Positions 55,275-64,000 of a DNA stretch of 64,000 bases are shown here, one piece after another; the stretch's first letter is position 1; every line of letters begins with the position of its first letter. The position numbers were made by a program, and so were the translations under genes. Below the pieces are notes generated by a model. That model did no database searches. It worked only from the letters and a program-made list of their open reading frames with translations, and was not told the DNA's origin. Origin of the DNA: Tubiluchus corallicola (Eukaryota; Animalia; Priapulida); the NCBI GenBank assembly GCA_030141605.1, contig JAQGDQ010000041.1, forward strand, positions 496,001 through 560,000, written 5' to 3'.

Positions 55275-56680
55275 CGTAGGTAAGAGAAGAACTGATGTAA
55301 AACACCTTGACTATATCTCTCATACCAGCTAGCGCCATGTTGATACAATTTATGCTGCGGCATGAGAAATAATAAACTGAAGCCAGTTTTTATTGCCGAG
55401 GAAAGAGCTATATGATATTGGGTAAAGGAAACAGCAGGTGCGGTTCATTGGAACAAACTGTACTTTGTGGAACAAATCTAAACAAAAATGTAAGTTGAAA
55501 ACCCGGGCAGGATCATACATGCCGCCCATGAAACATAAATGTACTCGTAGTTGAAGCTGCACACGCTGTTATTTTTTATTTCTTTACTATTAAAATAACC
55601 TATAATTATTAACATTAATCTCGATTTTAACATTTAACAATTACCACTGATTTTACTTACACGATGCAGGAAATCATGCAAATAAAGCGAGCATATAAAT
55701 GTATCTAAGCAGTTAATAACATGATGCTGATTTACAGAATTTATATATATGCTTACAAAAAAACAATTACCGGTATATAAGACGACGGAAATAAAAACAG
55801 CCATCAATTTTGCAACTTTCAACTACATATTAACTGTAAATTATTGTCTTTGTTTGCGTATTTGAAAAGTCTGAAAAGTGATTGATTCTCTTTAATCCAC
55901 GAGATTTCAATTTTTGTTATTAATCTTTTGTTTACAGAACTACAAAATGCCTATAGATTACAGTAATGAAAATTTTTCATTTTAAAAGCTTAAATTAGCC
56001 AAATTTAATCAGGTGTATAAGTACCAACAAAAGACTGCCTGTGCAGGATAATAAGCGCTATCAACGTTCCTTTAGTCACAATCATTAGAGTCATTATGGT
56101 CACGTAACAACCGTCACGCGCAATCAGCCCGATTCTATCACTGATGACACCTTTATAACCTGCTGCTCATGCAAATAATTAGAATAATTATTACACCTGT
56201 ATATAGCATGCAGGTGTCACAAAGGCGTGATTTATGGCTGTTTAAATCATTCTCTAATAACACGTCTATACAAGAGATTTAAAGGAAACATGCATGGGTG
56301 TATGAACGATTAAAATTTATAGTTATCATCAACGCAGTTAGTTTTCTAAATTTAATCACAATCTATGTTTCCTACCAAACATAACAGCTGCGGGTTTTCT
56401 CAGTTATACTTTAGAATACATCTACACATAATACAATTTGTAAAGTAAATGCGAAGCGTAAGATAAAGTATAGAATGAATCTAAATATGAATTCAAAAAC
56501 TCAACAAAAGATAATGATAAAATAACAGCGATGAACACATTTTATGTAAGAGGGCTATACATTTTACACAGAGAAAAATGAAAAATATAGCCCTTTACAA
56601 ATTTTTAATTTCCAAAAGCAGAAGACATTTTATATTAACTTGACACATTTTAAATAAAAACCTGGCGATTTTAAATTGAA

Positions 56681-57255
56681 CAGGTGAAGCATGGCATGTT
56701 GCAAAGTGAAGCTTAATTATAGTATACTAGGTTTTTCACAGGTAAGTTTTAGGTCTTCGGTGGGAAAGAGTGTTTTAGCACTTTGATCACTTGATGACAC
56801 AGTTACACTCGATAAGAAATTATTTTAACGTAAAATTATACTAATTTCTATTTTTTTACAGTTCTAACTGCTGAAGGTACAGGATTTACCTGTAAGCTAC
56901 AGCACATATATATAAATAATTCATATAATAAACTACAGTTCATATAAATTTATCATACTTAGAATGCTTAAATTTCTCTTTCAATTTTCATTTTTCTCAG
57001 GTAAACGCCCCCCAGACCACACACGCTAAACAGCAACCAATCAGAAATCACCAGGTGAAAATTCTGCGCCAGGTGTACCGCTACCTATATACGAATCACA
57101 CACACACAGGTAAGCGACAGCCAATCAGAAAGCGTCAAGGTTAAAGTTCTGCTTAAATGTGTCTACCTGTGCGCAGCTTATCAAGGAATGGTGGATTTAC
57201 GCAAGTAAGCTACCAATCGTAACAACAGCAGTTTGTTTCGCAGGTAGAACAGGTA
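56681..57255. promoter_or_regulatory. Cluster of CAGGTR (ZEB-type) sites with three CCAAT boxes
   Basis: Ten exact sites at 56681, 56739, 56887, 56998, 57052, 57070, 57107, 57164, 57241 and 57250. CCAATC near 57037, 57121 and 57213. Confidence 0.7.
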
Positions 57256-60200
57256 GAGCTGCGATTTGTTATTGACAAATGAAACTGACATACCTACAAT
57301 CACACACGTACAGATAACCTAAACGTCAGTAATGCCTTTTTAGAAAGTGTAGTGAACTTCAGATACTAATTAGGAGTAAAGTAGTATTCTACTAACAAGC
57401 AGAATGAAGCAAAAATTTGTTTTTGTAAAACTTACTGAAGTATTCGTTTTGTATTTTTTACATTTTCATACTATATATACAAAACCGATAAGCTCCCACG
57501 CACATATCATTATTAGGAAAAATTTTTAGCCAAAACAAAATTAAAATGGCTTATATAATATATGACTCGCGTGTATTAACCAGAGATATTCCTAAATTTT
57601 TTGATCAATCAATCAACAAAACAAATAACATGTTATATGTGAATTTTGTTTTCCCAGTGTGGTAAATGGCCAGGTTTACGGGTTTGCGGTAATTTTCTGA
57701 AACTGCAGGCTGCATAATTTTACACGGCTTCCATTAGTCACTAATTGTTTCTGCGTAATATCCAGCGTTTTCAGCACCCGTGAGATTCAGGTAAAACTGT
57801 AAAATTAGAAAATTTCATTTCGCAGCGTCAGGTTAATGGGTTGCAGTGGGATATGATAGGTGAAATAATCACTCGTGTAATTGTGGCTAAAACCCGGGCA
57901 AATTATGTATAAAATGTCAAAGTGTATGATAAAACCCCGTGAGTAGATGCAAATATGAATTTATTACATCCCTGTAGCTTTGGTAGATAATAACACAATT
58001 AGGGATACACATATATTCATGAGCGTTTTGCATTATTAACGTCCAAAAAACTATACAAGGACACACGCGTAAAAAGTGTTAATATAATTATTACGTTTTT
58101 CACGTTTTATTTCTCAAATTTTGATTCGTAAATGTGTATAAACTGTCAGGTGACAAATTATTTTTGTTAGTTAAACAAGTGCATGAAGCTTGGATATACT
58201 ACGAGACTTGCTCACCAGTTACGCGTGATATAATAAATACTGTGCTACCTATATATATTATACATGTATATATTAATATAGTTTCATTGTTTTAGTTGCT
58301 TGACAGAGACTTTTGCGATTAATTGCACGCATAACTTCCATTCGAGGACTACATTTCTTGTTTACAATTAGTTCCTAAAGTCTATACCAAGGAAAACTGG
58401 AACGTCCTTGAGAAACTGCACGAGCTTTACACAGATGGATGGCTTAGAATAAAAGTAAAAAGGCGAAAATTAGTCTAATAGCCCATCCTGCAAATCCACG
58501 GTGAACTACTGCCTTTACAAACAACAAAAACGGTGAGATAAATAAATCGAATAAATATTTCTAATAAATGTCGAATGGAATCCAAGGTCGAATAAAGATT
58601 CAGCCTAAAACTTAAATATGGACAACACTGTATATAAGTTTCAATTATTTTGACAGATTATTGGTCCAAAATAAAATAGCCATTACTTTGTTTTAAACAC
58701 ACAACGAAGGTCCCTCGGGCCAAAACTTTTTTAAATTTCAACGCAATTAAAATCTGCACTCAATTTCAGTCCATGACCAAGCACAGCTATAATATAAAGA
58801 TCGTTTACCTAACAGATTATGCATACGCCTGTCGCTTATGTTAATCCTGTTTATTTTCAAAATGGGCAGGTGAGAGTCGACAATAGACACTTAAAAAGGC
58901 AACCGAAATTGCCGCTTAAGGAGTCCCCCATCTGTAGGTAAGTTCATTCAATCTAAGGTAGTTCACTGTTGTTCTGTCACCTGGGCACGCAACGCTCAGG
59001 TGTTGGTGCCGCTACCTTGAATGAAATTACCGTTAAATGCACCGCTTTATTATTATTGTTTGCCAGCATTTTAGCACTACAATAGGACTTTGACTCGTGC
59101 TCACACATCCGTTATTCACATACATGGCGGGAAGCTAACATTGTGCCTCGTGTATCATAGCGCTGCATATCTTTTAATGACTATAATTGGTAAATTTAAT
59201 GCAATAGAGACTAGCAATTAAAGGGAGTCTAATATACACACTCACGCACGCATCCAAACACGCATATATGCACGTGCGAACATTTACGCAGACATATACG
59301 CAATGTAGCCTCGATTTCACGTCTTCGATTTTAAGTAAAAGAAAACTAAACGTATATAGATCTTAACTTCATGCAATTGTGCTTTAATTCGCTAAATTTG
59401 AAAACTCCGTGACAGTTATGATGGTATCATCATAATAAATTTTGCAAAATTGTCACTAAAAACTTTTTAGATCAGCAATTATGGCATAAAATATGTCGAC
59501 TCATAATCCCCCCTCCAAGAAAAACTACTTTGCCGGGTATAAAGACGATATTTGTACGATGGGGAGCTAGTGCACCAACCAAGAAACGAGTCTCGTAAAA
59601 CACGAAATTTCTGAAAAACTTTTAGTTCATCCGTAGTTCCTTTGTTTTTCTGTAACAGTTTCAATTAACAACCCCTCTCCAAAAAATTGAATTAGATTAA
59701 GCACATCGCTCCGTGAGAAATTAAAAACGAACATGCAGAGCACTAAACGAACCAAATTAACCAAGGCCCCACTCCGAAGCGGAGGTTATGAGGGTAGAGA
59801 CTGCACAGTCATGGTCGATTGCCATGAGAAGTTATTTGACTTGATTGAAGGCTTACGCCAGGTCGCGTGCCGGGTGCCTAGGTGTGTTGCTTTGCTTCAG
59901 TGGGCCACAATGATCCTATTAACTGCAGGCTAAACCATCTGCCGTTATAGACACGAGCTAAACTATTGTTCATTTTACAATAGATATGATGTAATAAACA
60001 GCACCTTATTTTGCACCCATAGGAGAGAGTTATGTGCCAAACTCTGTAACATAATCTTGAGCGTTTGATCAATTGAGAAAGAATGTACAATTTGCTGCAC
60101 ATTGCAGTTCTACAGCGCATCTGATTACTGCGTTCTACTATCCTTGTAATCAAATATCGAAGTGGATTTTTACGGGGGATTATCTTAAACAAGTCACCGA

Positions 60201-62744
60201 CAAACTTACTGTATTTAGCGGGGCTGATCCAAGAATTGGTCTTATTTTACTCGCGCCTGCGAGTACAAGGCAGTTTTTCCATAAATTTAAACATCTCGGT
60301 TTTCGCCTGGCTGGTTTAATAGCTAAACATTTTTGTCTTGACTTCATTAAATCAACTTTTCAATTGTCACTCACAAACAACATACCACTTGCCAGTAACA
60401 ACAAGCCAAAGCTTTGAATTAATGGTTGTGTTCAGAAAATTGATCATTACTATTAGTTTTACCGTGGAATACCTATTTCGCGGAAAATCTACCTTTTCCA
60501 GGGAGTCAAACGCGACATTTTCCGATTTTACAGCTTTCCTGTCTGCGTCTGCACGATGACTACCTTTTCTTGGATGAAATTTATCTATACTATCCAGCTA
60601 CATCGTATTATTGCCGACTGGACAGCTGTGATGAGCACTGAAACGTGTCAGGTGCAGGGCGGATAATGTTACATTTTACTCTAAATAAAAGTGTGGAAAA
60701 AACAGTTTGTACAACTAAATTGTAGAAAAGGTGGCCCGGGTGGGATAGCTACAAGCAGTTTTTCCTTTATTGGCAAACTCAACAAATGTTAATTATTATT
60801 AATGTTAAATTAACACAACAGTTATTGTTAATATAAACAAATGCATACGATTTACAAGAAATTATAAATGCTAATTTCAAGAGCACAAATCCATGAATGA
60901 GATCACATTCATTTTATGAAACCAAACTAAACAAGCCGAAAGAAAAATGTGAAAGACATAGCTGGAACAGGATTTGAACTGGGAACGTTTGAATGAATGT
61001 GGATTGTAATCCAAATGTGTCGGGTTAAACATAGGGCCTAGTACCGATGTTTACACGTTAACATTTTTTGTTTGTCCTAGTAGTAGCTTTTGACCAAGCT
61101 TGGTTTCGAAACTTTTATGCATAGTATTAATCCGTCAGCCTGGAAGAAAATTACTGTAAAATGATAATGAGCTATGAGTCAAGTCACTGTTTTAGCCCAT
61201 CAGTTTTTTTTTAATTATTAAGTTATAATGGATCCAAGGAGGAGAAATTTAATGAAATTTCATTTACTACATTTAATCGATGAAGTCTGACCGACCTAAT
61301 AATTAAAAATTGCCTCTTGATTAAAAATTTCTCTTGAGTATTAAGAGAAAAACTACCAATCATTAATTCACGCGCCAACTTTGCGCTCAAACGATTAATG
61401 AGGTCAGTTTGCTAAGTTTTCCTCCCTAAAAAAATCTGAAGAAATAGATAAACATGAAAACCTCCAAAAACTGCAAAAAATCCAACAAATCCAATAAGAT
61501 GCAACAGCAACAACAAAAATCCTCGACGTTTTTCAAGCAGTATTTTTATATAAAATAAAACAACTGCTAATCTATATGCTTGATAGGCTTTTGCTAATGT
61601 CAAAAAATTCAACTGCTTTTTCCCAAAATTATCTTTAGATACTTTTAATAATTAGGTGTAGATAAAGTAATTAGGTTACTATTAACTTTATTCGGGTAAA
61701 ATGTACTGATAATTGATTACGAATTTGTTCTCCATGCATACAACCAAAAAACTATACATCTGGACACAATGAAGAAACTGCACGAAGCAAAAGTGACATT
61801 TGGCAGCGTCTAAGAAGTACACACTTGAAGCCCTAGCGTACTCATGCCTTGTCATCAACATACCCTGCAGCATGTAATGGCTTTATAGCACACCTTAAAT
61901 ACACGCTCGGAAAAGGTACGCAATCTCTTCCAACATATAATTAAGCATTTAAATCCTGTATAGTAGCTGAGATAAGTAGGTAGAGGTTGTTGGAAGGATC
62001 TGCATGACATGTGGCCGGGGTTTTATAAGATGTCACCTGCTGCAGACGGGTGCCATTGTTTGTCTCCACTTCTGATTGTGCTGCTAATGAAAGGCAAATA
62101 CACAAGACAAAAACCCTTGATTGAACCTATTAAACTGCTTTTAAATGCTAGACAGTTTCGTGCTTTCTCTGTATAACATTCAGGTAGAATAGGTTCCATT
62201 TTAACATAAAATGCAGTTTCCTATATACAATAAGTACATATGGCACGCAAATAGATAAGTATAAATAATTTAATATATATGTATATATAAATATATTTAT
62301 GAACAGTATCTTCTACACGTTATACACTGCTTTAGGAATAGACACTTTTTAATTAAATTTGTGTCTTACAAAAATCTTGGAGTACAGTACTTAACAAAAA
62401 TGTGAAGACAAATTAGAATTAGTATAGCTGTATTTAGGTACATTTTTGCGGCTGTCTAATAAATTTCAAAACCATTATTTTAAATTTAGTATAAATTTAA
62501 AAACGTGGGAATGTAGGCAACGTCTCATTTTGAAACAAAGCAACGTTTCAAAGCATTATTTGATAGACATATTTAGCAAAGAAGCAATGAATGCATGTAT
62601 GTGCGCCGTTGTTTCTTGTATTAACAAGCCTTCTAGGGCTGCAGGTAACCGGAAACCGCACGGACCACCTGAGGGGCTAAAGTTATAAACTTCCGGTGCT
62701 TCTGCAAATATATTTTACCTGTGTTCCTGCACGTAAAGTTCACT

Positions 62745-62774
62745 TCCTCTCTTTCTCTCTCTCTCTCTCTCTCT
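62745..62774. repeat. (CT)n microsatellite
   Basis: Directly visible. Confidence 0.9.
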
Positions 62775-64000
62775 ACACGTCAGAAAAATATCTCTAGGCG
62801 CCCTTGAACAACAACGCGGCCACGTAACGTTTAACCTCTGCTAGTAACATCATCTCTAAAAATAAATAGCTATGAACTTCAGACCATGCATATACCTTGG
62901 CAGACTTTATTTCCTTATAAAATATAGGACATTCTCGAACTGCCCACGAAATAGAGCTATTGGCAATAAAACCATAATATATTTCTTCTATTTCTCTGTG
63001 GCAGGTGGGCCAGGCACACTTATCCCTCCAAACTACAAGCTATACAGCTTAATCAAGTGACTAATCTTAGGTAGCCGCGTGCTCTATCCCTTGAGGTCAC
63101 AACTTCAACTTTATGAAGTGTAATGCTGAGTAATTAACAAATATTACGTGTGTTTAATAACCTGCATTGACATGTGACACTATATTTGTCATGTATAGAC
63201 TAAATCTACACAATTTGCAGAAACATTTTAACATGATTTGCACAGCAATCAGAGTGAACTGGGATTAATTTTTAACTAAAACAATCTATTTTGTCTTTTT
63301 TGTTTTAATATTTTTTAAGTTTATAATTATATAGTTTCCTAATGAAAATCAATAAGCGGATAGCTAAAAATGTTGCTACATACAAAGCACACAATGCAAA
63401 AATTCAATTGCATTGAACGCATTGTCATAAAAAGAAAAAAAGACAGTTAACGACCTTATTCACACATGGCAAAAACACTTTAAATTCCTACTTAGAGAGA
63501 GAATATATATTTCTCAAAGTATAATTAATGTTTAATACATATAAATTAAAAATCCGAGAATAGGTTTTATGGTGCACATGTGGGAGTCGCCCGGGGGAGT
63601 GGCAGAATATGGCTTGCAAAAATAGACTCACAGGTGGTGGATTTTGTTAGACTAAATTACAGCCTATATGTAAGTATAGCTTGAGGGCGGCACATGACAT
63701 AGATTAGTACCTAGATAGCATAACGTTTTAAATTAATGGGCAAGCAGCAGAAAAATTAGCCTTACAGGTAGGCTGGTTTGTAGTGATTAAATGGTACAAT
63801 TATCAAGCGGTCATAGTAATTTATAAACAGTGGATGTTCTTGTAGGGACTGTTAATTAAGGCTCTGGCAAAATTATAGTTGACATTAGCCTATATTAGTC
63901 CAAAACAATTCTTGTAGATAACGGCATCAGTGTTATAAACGCTTATTTTAATAATATATACAAGACACGTATCGCCACTTTGCCGAGAAAGTAATTTTTA

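Noticed and set aside
29200-64000. Numerous 60-125 aa ORFs in the ORF track
   Set aside because: Many have non-ATG starts, composition is typical of AT-rich non-coding DNA, and there are no recognisable domains.

Overview
AT-rich animal (invertebrate-like) genomic DNA, not prokaryotic. The only supportable protein-coding gene is a minus-strand ZEB/zfh1/zag-1 zinc-finger homeobox gene. I can place four exons with matching splice phases: 29062-28805, 3116-787, 610-424 and 22-<1. The gene runs off the left edge, and its true 5' exon is not recognisable here. The rest of the window is a 25.7-kb intron plus about 35 kb of intronic or upstream DNA. That non-coding DNA shows several structures. (1) Dense clusters of the CAGGT(A/G) motif bound by ZEB proteins, suggesting autoregulation. 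(2) A near-textbook recursive-splice-site candidate at 51652/51651 with a 90-nt cryptic exon that has stops in all three frames. (3) Plus-strand splice signals at 56.7-57.1 kb suggesting an antisense transcript. (4) Four RFX X-boxes and a p53-family element. (5) A ~145-nt foldback, local degenerate tandem repeats and microsatellites. All functional readings of the non-coding signals are inferences that need RNA-seq, ChIP or conservation data.
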